DNA of 64,000 bases, from assembly GCA_963702845.1 (NCBI GenBank), contig OY969763.1:1920001-1984000 (forward strand), given 5' to 3'. Below, one piece after another: positions 41,854-54,300 of this stretch. This DNA is from an uncultured Verrucomicrobiae bacterium. Its GTDB lineage: Bacteria; Verrucomicrobiota; Verrucomicrobiia; Limisphaerales; Palsa-1400. Position 1 is the stretch's first letter. Each line of letters begins with the position of its first letter. Position numbers and translations under genes: made by a program. Below the pieces are notes generated by a model, which saw nothing but the letters and a program-made list of their open reading frames with translations, was not told the DNA's origin and searched no databases.

Positions 41854-42597
41854 TGGATCAGCTTCTACTCGGGGGTATGGTTGCGGATCTATGGTGAAAT
41901 CCGCATTTCCAAATGAGATCGTTCCAGAAAGTTTCGATATAATTTCTCGGATTTTCAAAAGATCTCCTGCCTCTACCGCTGCCGATTCTACCGATTTACC
42001 CACCGTGACCAGTCGTCCAGCGATGGTTCGTTTGATAAGTTCTTCTCTAAAACCTGAACGGAGGCAGTCCCGAGTATGGCAACGGTAATATTTATGTCCT
42101 TTGTGCTTTTCTGCGATGATATACCTTCGACACTTCGCGCACCGGAACGTGACAGAAAATAAGTGTCGGTGCTGTGGATTTCTTTTGTCGCGTCTGGTCA
42201 CAAGCGTCCGGCTGACCTTTTCGAATAGTTCTACCGAAATAAGCGGTTCATGGATGCCTGGGTAAATCTTGGAAGAGCAGGGGAGTTTGCCGATGTAAAA
42301 CGGATTGTGGAACATTTTGGAAAGCATGTCGGTATCCACTGGCCCGCCCTTGGAATTTCTAAGCCCTTTGGAATTCACTACGGATGCCAAACTCGCCAAT
42401 GAGTAGGCTCCAGTCGCATAAAGTGTGAACGCTTCTCTGACAAGAGATCCTTTTCTTACATCAATCGTCTTTGTTTTTCCTGGACCATTGTCGACATATC
42501 CAATCGGTGCGTGATAGGGCCATAGTCCTTGTTCGAAACGTGCAATTATTCCTTTCAACGTTTCTTCTCTCAAATTGCGGATGTAGTCATCCGCCCG
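41836..42597 (-). pseudogene. Large serine recombinase lacking the catalytic resolvase domain (recombinase + zinc ribbon only)
   Basis: DYIRNLREETLKG, APIGY, NPFYIG, GIHEPLIS, RCAKC, YYRCH. No YxRxS domain upstream. Confidence 0.85.
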
Positions 42598-42917
42598 CGC
42601 AAACTAGCGGTTGCACAGAGTGGTGAACCCCTTGTTGTTGCCCCTGCGGTTGAAACACTAAAATGAGACTTCCTAAAGTTTTTTAATGGTTTGTTCTTGC
42701 GGGAAAGTACTAGGGGCGTATAAGGGTTTCGACGGAACCAAAGTTTGCCACTAAAACCATGGTAACTGGCGGTTTTTAAAAAAACTAGGACAGGCACAAA
42801 CAACATAGGATCCGATTCCTGAATTCAATCTGACGCCCAAACAACATTCTGCGGTATACCTCCCGGCTTCTGAGCAAATCCACTTCGGAAACGCGCTCGG
42901 CAACTTTTATACTTTAC

Positions 42918-45576
42918 ATGAAAACCATAGCTAGTGCCGTGATCGCTCTCATGGTGTTCAACCTCGAGTTGCGATGCGAAATCGGCAACACTGTTGTTAC
43001 TACTGCTCCCGTCATTTCGGTCCAACCAACAGATCAGACTGCCGACTATGGCACTGACGTTGTATTTAGTGTCGCTGCTACCGGAGATGGGCTTACCTAC
43101 AAATGGCAAAAAGACGGCACGCGACTCGAAGACTACAAGAATGTCGCTGGCGCCAGCACTCCAACGTTATACCTCGCAGGCGTGGCCCAGAGCGATGCGT
43201 CCAAATACCGTGTAATTGTCAGCGGTTCGAGTGGTTCGGTAACGAGCGCGGTGGTGGTTCTAAAAATAAATCCAGCTACTGTCTTTAATGAAACCTTTGA
43301 GAGTGGGAACTTGAGCCAAAATTGGAGGCCGGTGCTAGAGGCGACGAATTGGATTCCGCTCGATCGAGTCCAAAACCATACTCCCAATGGTTCTGCCTCG
43401 CTGGGAGGAGAAGGTCTGAGTGGCCGTTTATATCATAAGCTCAATAAGAAGCTCGAGGGCCGGATACATTTTACGTTCTGGATGTACGATGACGGCAAAA
43501 GCTTGGCCGCTTACGGGGAAATCCGTGGCTATCATGGGCACGATGGGTATGCCAAATACCTACATCCGTATGCGATCGCCCAGTCGCTTGCGATCGGCTA
43601 TCGCAACACCAGCTCCGGCGATACAAATTCGGCAGTTCTAGCTGGCGAATCCATAGATCCCAGCAAGTATCAAGGCCGAGTTTTACGGGGAACTGCCAAA
43701 GAAAACGCTCTGGGTTGGTTCAATCTCAACGAGCCGGGCGTTCCGGCGCGGTCACCCGGATGGCATAAGTTCGAGATTCATCGGTTGAGAGATCAAACAG
43801 CGATTGATTTTTACGTCGACGGTGTGCTTGGGCGGCGCATCCGTGGCGGTAAGCATGCGGACATTGACACGGTCTTAATTGGTCTTGGTGGCGGCGATGA
43901 AACCAATCAACTGGCGACTACAACATCAACAGCCTGGTTCGACGATATTCAATTGGATGCTTACCCAAATTCATTCGATTACGAAACCGATCCTAATGCA
44001 CCGATTATCCCGAAGCTCATGCAGCTTCGCGAAACCGGAACTAACGCTGAGATTGCAAACGTAACTGCTGTAACGGTGAGTGACCGCCCGGGTGCTGCCC
44101 GACAGAATGTCAAAGGAACATGGATGATCGATCAAGCTGGCGCTGTCTATTCACAAGACATGCGCGGCTATCTTGAATTCGCAGTTTCGGTGCCTGGGGA
44201 TGATGCATATCGTCTGGAACTCGAAGGCCGCGAGCAGAACGGCAAATTCCCGCAGGCTGATCTTCCAGTGACCATCTACCTGGACAATGAATACCTCGGT
44301 CACTTTAATCTTCCATACAGTGGTCGAACGAACGGATTAGTTCATTGTTTCACCCCGTTTATCAAGGCTGGCAATCACACGGTTGGCGTCATGTGGGACA
44401 ATACGCGGACGGGCGTGTCGCTTCACTTGGAGGCAGTGCGCGTTCAATCGTTGTCAGGATCAGCAAACCAACGCGGGTTAAAAAATTGGGTTGCCAACCA
44501 TTTAGCCGCCGAAAATGGTATCGAAACTGGGCCGCCCCAAAGTCGTGTCTCGCCGGCCTTTATAGAAGGACGTGGCAAATACCTTCGCATGATGAATATT
44601 CGGGCAGGCACGGCAGAGGAGTTCGCGGCCGTAGAGGTTCATCCCGGGATTGCTGATCGTTGGTATGCAAATGTGCCGCTCTCGCCGAAGGGACCGGTGC
44701 AGGTTGAGGTGCACTATCAAAACGACGGTTTCAGTGAAACGAATGACATCGTCTGGCAAATCACAAACTTGCTTGAGGCAAACAACACAACGATTCGTAA
44801 AGGAGATTCACTTTTGCTTACTGCCGCCCCGCTGAATGCTGAGAGCAATGTAGTTACTGTTTTGATCAACTCTAATGTCGTGGCAACGACGGATTCACTT
44901 TCTGCGGTACCCTACACCTTCAATGAAGTTGGCCTGTTTCATGTCATGGGCGTTTATGGCAACAGCGCGGCGGGAAGCATGTGGGTCCGCGTGGTGGATG
45001 TAGTGCTGGAGCCCGTTGTGCCAGTGTTCACCACTCGTAATCACTGGGATTGCCCCAAACTTCCTGCCGGTGTGACGCTTAGTTACGATCATCGCCTCAA
45101 CGTTGAGCGATCTGTACGTCAAACCCAAAGCTGCAGCTCAAATGATTCCGCCGGTCGCACCGAATTCGATTCCGTATAAGATTTCGGAACCTTCCAACTG
45201 GGAGCCTCGCTATATCCTTGCTCGACTCGGCAACAACCACGGACCTGTCATCGCAAGCACCCGTGTGCAAGGTATCCAATTTGCAGTTCCTCCGGACACT
45301 TCCCTGAAACGCGTGGGATCGTACGCTGACGGTTCACAAGCTATCGAGGGAACATATGTCCTGAGTCCCGCGCTGCCGGGACTTGATGTCACATTTAGCT
45401 TGGTGCGATCTGGAGTGGCGTTTTCAGATGGGACGATTAACAAGACTCTTAATGCGAATCAATTCGATGAACTAGGTATTGCAAAGCAAAACTTCATTCG
45501 AGCCGCCGGCGTTGACGGTAGCGTTTGCACTGAAATCCGGGCGTTCTATAACGGCGTGCTTGTCGTTTACAAATGA
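42918..45576 (+). CDS. Exported Ig-domain, beta-rich protein, frameshifted near 45100
   Basis: Signal peptide; APVISVQP..FSVAATG..YKWQKDG..YRVIVS Ig domain; continues in ORF 45103-45576. Confidence 0.8.
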
Positions 45577-46508
45577 AAAAGTTTCTTTTTTCCGTTAAAG
45601 CATTTGGTCTGGCCTTGGCGGCGGGGGCTTTCGTCGCCATTTCAGTTGCTCAGCCATCGCAAGTCCTGGACATTCCTATCTCTGCCAGACTGGGAGTTGT
45701 TACGGATTCTACGCCGACCATGCCGGGATTAAATCTTGAAGGGCCAAGCGAAGGCGCTCTTCGAGAAATTTGTGATTCATCGCAATCAATCAAACAACGG
45801 ATTGCGGCGCTGCATTCCATCACAACCATCGATTCCTTAACGATGACAACATTGTGCCGGTTCGTAACAGCGCTACCAGCTGAAGGCGAACCAAACATCG
45901 GATCGATGAGATACCTAAAGAACGAAGTGCTTAACGTTTTAGGGCACGATGACAGCGCTCGCGTTCAGCTTGCCCGAGTTTTGATCTCCGTGGCGCGAAA
46001 CGATTCCCAAGATGTTGTGTTGCGCGATTACGCTGTTCAACATCTCGTTGCGTGCGCGCGAGCAGCCCAAAACAACAAGGCAATTTTACACACAACAATT
46101 GCACCTGTTCTTCGAGGTTTTGTGACAGCGCGAACTTCGTTAGCTGGAACGGCGATTTTGGGTCTCCATAGAATGGATGAAGCGGAGTCGGAAATGGAGC
46201 GACAGGACATTGATCGGTTAGCACTTGAGCTTGCGGCAGACGATGGGGTTGCACCGGACATTCGGATGACCGCAATTCAGGTTTGCGCCAATCGCCACCT
46301 GGAAAGTGTCATCCCAATCGCAGAGGCCGCATTACAAAACAGTACATCAACCGGCTTGCGCATGTCTTCCATTGCTGCACTGGGAATGTTGGGAACGGAG
46401 CGACACATCGCAATGTTGACCGCACTTCAAACGAGTGACAGCGCATTGAAACCGGCTATCTCAGAAGCGCTCCGGCGCCTGCAAATACGCATTGCGAAGT
46501 CCTACTAA
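45573..46508 (+). CDS. Exported HEAT-repeat protein
   Basis: Signal peptide; LRDYAVQHL, IRMTAIQ, LRMSSIAALGMLG. Confidence 0.8.
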   Translation: MKKFLFSVKAFGLALAAGAFVAISVAQPSQVLDIPISARLGVVTDSTPTMPGLNLEGPSEGALREICDSSQSIKQRIAALHSITTIDSLTMTTLCRFVTALPAEGEPNIGSMRYLKNEVLNVLGHDDSARVQLARVLISVARNDSQDVVLRDYAVQHLVACARAAQNNKAILHTTIAPVLRGFVTARTSLAGTAILGLHRMDEAESEMERQDIDRLALELAADDGVAPDIRMTAIQVCANRHLESVIPIAEAALQNSTSTGLRMSSIAALGMLGTERHIAMLTALQTSDSALKPAISEALRRLQIRIAKSY

Positions 46509-46515
46509 CACCGCC

Positions 46516-48354
46516 ATGAAAGCAATTATTGTTTCGTTGTTTGTCCTGGTTCTAGCCGCTCGGGCAGACCTATTGAACCCGTCTGTCTCTGACACTGCAA
46601 CGAATTGTGTGGTTGAACCAAGCTTTAGTTTGGCTCTTTCTGCACCGACGGGTTCCAACCCATGGCCTATTTATAATTATGGTGACACCGTATTTGCCAA
46701 AGCTTTGATCGTTACCAATTGGGGAGACATTAGAATCACCACTACGAACGAAGATTCCTCGGTCGTTTCCGTTGACGTTCTAACGAACTCTCACTTCATC
46801 TCAAGCTCTTGGACAGCAGTTGGCCCTGACCCGAGCTATACAAATACCGGTTCGGGGTTGACCGCAACATTTTCAGCAATGCACGGCGTCGGCGTCGGCG
46901 ATATAACATTTTTTATCACGTACAGTAACAGTTTCCCGTGCACTAACGTTCAGACCGTGCCGCTGCTCGTTCACTACGAGGTGACGACCAACGACATTAT
47001 CGAAAGCGACTGCTCAACCGGTGCTCCACCATTGCTCGGCTTTTGGAATTTTAATCCGCCGCTGTCGCTGTGGTCTGGTGAAAGCAATGCGAACGATACC
47101 GTTGGAACAAACAACGGAGTCGTTCACGGCGCGGTGATGTATACGAATGGCGTGGCCGGCAAAGCATTCTATTTTAACGGCAGCAGTTACGTGTCATGCG
47201 GCACAAATGTAGGCAACTTCGGGACGAACGATTTCACAATTGATTTTTGGGTCAAGACGACACAAACCGGTTCATCATACATTGCGAGCAAGCGCCCCAT
47301 ATGCAACCTCGCAAATTTGTGGAATGTGCGCATGGTTGACGGTCATCTTTATCTTGAAACGATCGAAGACACTTCCGGTTATGCGTATGCGACGCTCATT
47401 TCTGATTCCACTGTCAACGATGGAGTGTTTCATCATGTGACCATCACGCGAGAAGGCTCATGGCAGTCTATATACATCGACGATGAATTTGACGGCGGCA
47501 TCGAGTCGGATGCCATCGCCAATCTCAACAACAATGTAGAACTTTGGGTCGGACATAATGTTTGCGGCGGCAACTTCATTGGTACTGTCGATGAACTGAG
47601 CATTCTAACGGGCAACGGTAGTCCATGGATGGGCAATCGAGGGCAAATGCCTCTTACTCTGACTAACGTCCAGCAAAGACCAAGCCCCTGGGGAAATGCG
47701 CTTCAAGTTGATAGTTCAACGAACGCCAACATAACGTGTCGGTATTTCGACGAAGATGGGTTGGCGAATATCCATTGCAAATCAGGTGCTGTTCGCTTTT
47801 GGATAAAACCAAATTGGAATGGCGGAACGGGGCCGGGCAACGCGGGCAGGCTGATTGAAATCGGGGATACAAATTCTACAAGCGGTTGGTGGTCCCTTTG
47901 GGTGAACAGTGCTGGCAGTCAAATGTCATTCCAGACGAAGTCCAATGGGAATCTCACAACATACTTCACTCAATCGATCAGCGACTGGGATTCCAATTCT
48001 TGGTATCACGTGGTCCTCGACTATGCGGCTGATCAAACCACGCTTTACACAAACGGCATCTTGGCGCAGACGGGGATCGGACTCACGAATTACCCGACCT
48101 TAGCCACTCGTGAGGCGTATGGCTTCAGTATAGGCAGCGACCATCTCGGCGCGAATCGTTCTGCCTCGAGATTCGATGAGTTCGCCACCTTCTGCGCCCC
48201 TCTGAGCGCAGAGGACATCCTGGATGACTATGTCAACGGTCTGATGAGTTCAACCGTGGGGGTTGGAACCGGTATTCCCGATTGGGATACCTACAACCAA
48301 CTGCACGCCACAACCAATAACGGAGCACTCGAAGTGTTTACTCCGTTGAAGTAA
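46516..48354 (+). CDS. Exported protein with two LamG/concanavalin-like domains
   Basis: GVAGKAFYFNG, FTIDFWVK, FIGTVDEL, GAVRFWIKPNW, WYHVVL; ends EVFTPLK. Confidence 0.85.
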   Translation: MKAIIVSLFVLVLAARADLLNPSVSDTATNCVVEPSFSLALSAPTGSNPWPIYNYGDTVFAKALIVTNWGDIRITTTNEDSSVVSVDVLTNSHFISSSWTAVGPDPSYTNTGSGLTATFSAMHGVGVGDITFFITYSNSFPCTNVQTVPLLVHYEVTTNDIIESDCSTGAPPLLGFWNFNPPLSLWSGESNANDTVGTNNGVVHGAVMYTNGVAGKAFYFNGSSYVSCGTNVGNFGTNDFTIDFWVKTTQTGSSYIASKRPICNLANLWNVRMVDGHLYLETIEDTSGYAYATLISDSTVNDGVFHHVTITREGSWQSIYIDDEFDGGIESDAIANLNNNVELWVGHNVCGGNFIGTVDELSILTGNGSPWMGNRGQMPLTLTNVQQRPSPWGNALQVDSSTNANITCRYFDEDGLANIHCKSGAVRFWIKPNWNGGTGPGNAGRLIEIGDTNSTSGWWSLWVNSAGSQMSFQTKSNGNLTTYFTQSISDWDSNSWYHVVLDYAADQTTLYTNGILAQTGIGLTNYPTLATREAYGFSIGSDHLGANRSASRFDEFATFCAPLSAEDILDDYVNGLMSSTVGVGTGIPDWDTYNQLHATTNNGALEVFTPLK

Positions 48355-48370
48355 CAACCAAAACAGAGCA

Positions 48371-51300
48371 ATGCGGAAAACTGGACGCACGAACACATAC
48401 GATGATCTTTACATGAAGGCGCTATCCCTCCTCAACATATCTTTGATTCTCAAGAAGCAGAAGTTACCGACTAGCTTGTGTTATTTGCTAACGTTCCTCA
48501 CTTTTCTTGTTTTATTACCAAAAGCCGACGCACAAAGCTGCTCCAGTACCGGTTTAACCCTGGGAGCGTATGTGCAATACCAGACAGTGTACCTCGATCG
48601 TTCCAAGTGCGGATTCGCAGAGTATACGAACATGGATCTGCCGAGAATCCATATTTATCACCAGCAACGAATCATTGGCGATTATTCGTTTCATTATACA
48701 AACGATTATACCCAAAGCGAAACGGATAGCGGTTCGTCTGACAGCTCTGAGCAGTGGGAGATCTGGCCGGGAACCTATTCGAAACACCAGACAGCGACGA
48801 AGAATTTTGACTTTACCGAAACGATCAACTTGCACATCACTTCAGGTGAAACGGATTTCTGCTTTCCTACCAACACGTGCGAGGGCAGCGGTTCTTTTAA
48901 TTGTACGATAGACGATGGGCGTTCAAACGTCTGGCAGAATTCTATTGCGACCTCGACCACCTCATGGGATTCGTACCACTATACCAGTAGCGAATCGTCG
49001 TCGGTTAGTACCAATGATTGGAGCCTTGGTCATTGCGATGTTGGGTGGGCATTTATCGGGCCATTCACCGAGATTAATCATTACCTCCTGTATCATACAC
49101 GCACCTACGGGACCGATGGATATGATAATGACTCGACGAACGTAGATACAGGTACCGATTGTGTGATTGCTCACCGGTCATTGACGCAGATTATCGATCC
49201 GACAAATGCAGTCTCCGATTTGAGCGTCACAAACACAAGTTTACCTCCGCTGTGCGATAGTTGCTCGAGCGATACGTTCGTCGATGCTACGCATGACGTA
49301 AACACTTACGTTTTGTCGCTAGAGTACACCGACGTTGAACTGAGCAACAACATTGTCGGATATATGCCGGATTTCTCGGGAAGTTGGGTTACTCCGAACG
49401 GAGAGGGAAACGACTTCTATATAACAACAGCCTATTCAATGATCGACGGTGACCACATCCACGGACGATGGCAGCCCACCCAAGAAAATGGGGTCGACGC
49501 CGAGATGCAGAAGATGAAGTATCGGATTGTCATTCCGAACACCAAAGCTACGAAGCGTTACGAGGTGTCGTGGGATCTGATAACATACGACTTTACCACC
49601 GGAGTAGTCGAAACTGTCCCACGCAAGGTTTCTATTGATGGGACTGGAGGATCCGATCCCATCTACGCTGGTGAGGAGATTGTGAGCCCGCCCCATTGGG
49701 ACGACAGTCGCGAATTTTTCGGAGGCGTTGTTGCAACGTGGGTGGACAACCTTGCTATTTCAGAAATGTCGGAAGGCCTTGCTGGCGCAGGACCGGGATC
49801 GCTGTCTTGGAGTGGAGGCGCTCCTGGATGCGCGACCTGTGGCCGTGTTAGCGCCGCCTTTCAACGGTCCCCCTACGGCGCTTTGACTGCGTCGTTCAGC
49901 TTGGGGAGGGCGCTTGGTTACGGTTCGGCCGGAAATGTGGAGATATTGGCACGCGTTCCGAATCCCACGTTAGCGACGCCAAGCAGTCTCCTGTATCCTG
50001 ACGGGATACCTTCGACTGAGACAGTCCGGGATTCTGGCGTCTTGCGTCAGATCAACGCTCCGCAAGCCTTGGTGGACATCGTCACTCTCGATGCCTTCTC
50101 ATATCAGTTGCGATACTATCTGCCGTCGCAGGTTGGGGGTCCGAGCGGTAGTCTTCATTCGGTGAGCGGCAGCCCCTTTGTCACGTGGACGATCGAAAAT
50201 CCAGATGCATCTACGAACACGTACAATCGGCTTCAGATTACCGAAACGCGCGGATCGGATACCCACGAATATCTGTACACCTATAATCCGACGAATTCGG
50301 TCTGGACTTTGACTCGGCCCGATAATTCACAGGAAGAGATCAGCACCGGGTTCACCAACAACGTGGATTGGATCACTTTCAACGTGACGAACACGGTGCG
50401 TAGCGCATCAGGACAGATCGATTTCCAAGAGGTACGGGTGTATCAACGTCCGATGGCTTTCTTAGCTGGAATAACGACTAATCTAGGACTAATCGCCAAT
50501 AATCCGCAAATAGGATTCTTGCTCACGACGAACATCACTAATCCTGGTTCAAATGCTAGAATAACAACTTACAGCTACTACAGTACTAATTACGGCGCAA
50601 CCATATCGGAAACCGCTCCCGGCCCTTGGTATCATTCGACAATCCCTCCGGTGCGGTACATAAAGAGATCAGACGGCAAATGGGACTACTTCGCCTATAA
50701 CGCTCAAAACGTGACGGATCACGTCACGCCGTTCGGGGACGCTGCGCCACCAACATCAGGTGCCCCGTCTTACTCCACGTCGCGACATACCGTCTATTCG
50801 GAATTTGACGGAGGCGATTTTTTGACTTACGCGCAGGATACAGTGCAGGAGGATAAAGCGCATTGGACCACGCATATTTCGTTCACGACGAACTTGTCTC
50901 CTGGCGTCCATTTTTACGGTGAAACTGATGGAACGCAAAATTATCACACCATTACGGGATACTTCACGAACGGATTTAATGCGGGCAGGCTGCAAAGCGT
51001 GCAGAAACCGGACGGCACGTTGACGCTTTACGCCTACGACATTGCTGCCGACGCCACGCAGACGAATACCGTTTGGTCCGGGGCACCCAACAGTGACAAG
51101 ACAGCAGTGGTCGATGGCACTAAAACTGTCACAATTATGGGACCGGTCGGACAGATAATCTCCTACACGCAAAACGATATACGTTCAGGAATAACATTGG
51201 CGAACGACGTATATGGAAACTACGACTCACTTAGCCGGCCGCAGTTGGTCACACACATGGATGGAACAACAGAGCAGAAGTATTATAGCTGCTGTGGAAT

Positions 51301-54300
51301 TGATTATACGGTCGACCGTGACGGTGTTACGACTCAGTATTACTATGATGATGCCAAGCGACAGGTGGCGACTGTCCGTAACGGCATAACGACGAGCAAC
51401 CTGTTTGACTCCGTCGGTCGTATCTTGAAAACAGTGCGAATCGGAACCGACAACTCGCAGATCGTGTTGGGGCAATGGCAATACGACCTATCGGGCACCC
51501 TGATTCGCCAGACCAATGCGTTGGGGGGCGTGACAAGCTATAGTGAAAGCGGACTCGTACGGACGACTACAAATCCAGACGGCGGAACGATCATCGAAAC
51601 TTATTATGGTGACGGACAACTGAAGAGCCGCACCGGGACGGCGGTCCACGGCGTCGCATACTCTTACGACGTGGACTCGCCTGGGCACCGGATCACGACG
51701 GAAACCAAACTGACGGCTGCTGGCGTCGCTACCTCCCAAGCCGTGAGTTCATACATAGACTGGCTCGGAAAGCCTACGAAGACTGTTTACAGCGATACTT
51801 CGGGGTCGAGTATTCAGTATTCCTATAATACAGCGGGCCGATTGGCTCAAGAAATTGATTTTCAGGAAGTCACCAATTTATTTGGGTACAACTTGAAAGG
51901 CGAAATGACGACCAATGGCATCGACATGGACGGTGATGGGACTATCTATGCGGGCGGTACTGACCGCCTCACTTTTACCACCAATGATGTCGTTTCTGAC
52001 GGCGTAGACGTCCTGCGCTCACGAACGTATGTGTGGATGACAGACAATGATGACACGCTGACGCTGGTTTCAATGTCTGAAACTGCCACGGACGGCCTGC
52101 AATCGTGGCAGACGCGCTACAGCGGCTCGGGCAGTCCTGTAACGACGCATTCCCAAACGGTTTATAGTGGCACCAACCGCACTGTCACCGTTACCGCGCC
52201 TGACAATTCCCATACCGTCACTCGATATGCAAACGGGCGTCTCGTCTCCGTCACGCAATACGATTCAACGCCCGACCAGGTTGGAAGCATGAGTTACGGC
52301 TATGATGCCCATGGCCGGCAAAACAAAATTACTGATGCCCGCAATGGGACAGCAGTTTACACCTACAACGATGCCGATCTTGTCACGGCCGTCACGACGC
52401 CGAGTCCCGGCACACTGGGCGGTTCTTCGCAAACAACTATGACGCAATACAGTAAATCGTTACAGGTGACTAATGTGATTCAGCCTGACAACAGCGCTGT
52501 AACGAATATTTATTTGCCCACAGGCGAAATAGCGCTCAGCTATGGTTCCCGCACATATCCGGTGGGCTATAGTTATGATTATGCCGGCCGCGTCAAAACG
52601 ATGACCAATTGGTCCGATTTCAGCAGTACAAGCGGAACGCGAGTGACGACGTGGAACTACGATTCGAATCGCGGTTTTCTTACGAGCAAAATCTACGCGG
52701 ACGGCAAGGGAACATCTTACCAATATACCGACGCGGGACGGCTATATGTTCGCACTTGGGCACGTGGCACGAACACGACTTACGCCTACACACCTGCCGG
52801 CGATTTATACTCGGTGACCTACGATGATGGTTCCACGCCTTCGGTGACGTACAGTCATGACCGAACTGGCCGAATGAACTCGGTGGTGCGGGATGGCATG
52901 ACGACAACCTTTGCCTACGACCTGGCGAATGATGTCTTGAGCGAATCGTATTCAGGAGGCGTTCTGAACGGCTTGTCGGTTACCAATGGTTACGATGCTC
53001 TGCTGCGCCGCACTGGTTTGGGAGCGCTTGCTGGTTCTTCTGTCCTCACCAGTGCCGGATACAGCTACGATAATGCCTCAAGATTGGCGACGGTTACATC
53101 AGGTTCTGACAGTGCGACCTATGGTTACGTTGCCAATTCGCCATTAGTCGGCCAGATTGCCTTCAAGCATGGAGGCGTCACGAAGATGACCACAACAAAG
53201 CAATACGACCATTTGAATCGGCTGACTTCGATTTCATCTATTCCCACCCTCGCGACTTTCGAATACTCGTACAACAATGCGAATCAACGCACGCGCGCTA
53301 CCTTGCCGGACAGTTATTGGAGTTACCAATATGATTCACTAGGCCAGGTCACTTCGGGTAAGAAATATTGGAATGACGGAACTCCAGTGGCAGGACAGCA
53401 GTTTGAATACAATTTCGACGACATCGGAAATCGAAACACAACCAAAGCTGGCGGTGACCAAGCTGGCAGCAATCTACGTTTGGCTCACTACACCAACAAT
53501 ATTCTTAACCAGATCACGAGCCGCGATGTCCCGGGTTACAAAGACATTACCGGTCTGAGTCTTGTTACCAACGCGGTGACCGTGAATGGCCAAAGCACGT
53601 ATCGAAAAGGCGAGTATTTCCGCAATGAACTCGTTATTACCAACACGACATTACCTGTGTGGACAAACGTTTCAGTTGCGGCGGGAAGCCAAGGCGTTTC
53701 GGGAAATCTTCTTGCAGCAAAAACACCGGAAACCTTCAGCTATGATTATGATGGAAATCTCACGAATGACGGCCTATGGACATACACGTGGGACGCCGAG
53801 AATCGGCTCGTTTCGATGGAATCAATTTTGACAGTTCCCACAGCGGCGAAGAGGAAATTGGATTTCCTTTATGATCACCAGGGACGGCGGATACAGAAGC
53901 TGGTCTCGACCAACAACGGCGCGAGCTACGTCGGCCAATATACAAACCGGTTTGTTTACGACGCGTGGAACTTAATCGCCGAAATCACATCGAATAATTC
54001 ACCCATGCGTACATATTTGTGGGGCGCGGATTTAAGTGGCGCGATGCGAGGAGCAGGTGGAGTCGGCGGGTTGCTCGAAGTTTCGTATTTTGGTTCAGCG
54101 GTCACAAACTGTTTTGTAGCTTTTGATGGCAATGGGAATATTAGAGGCGTCGTTGATGCAATCTCGGCCTCCTCAATAGCTTCATATGAATATGGCCCCT
54201 TCGGAGAAGTCATCCGCGCTACCGGCCCGATGGCCAAGGCTAATCTCCTACGGTTCTCGACCAAATATACCGATGATGAAACAGATCTGGTTTACTACGG

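Noticed and set aside
42712..42740. GGGGCGTATAAGGGTTTCGACGGA resembles a tmRNA 5' end next to a recombinase
   Set aside because: No matching T-arm/acceptor 3' end or tag reading frame could be found downstream.
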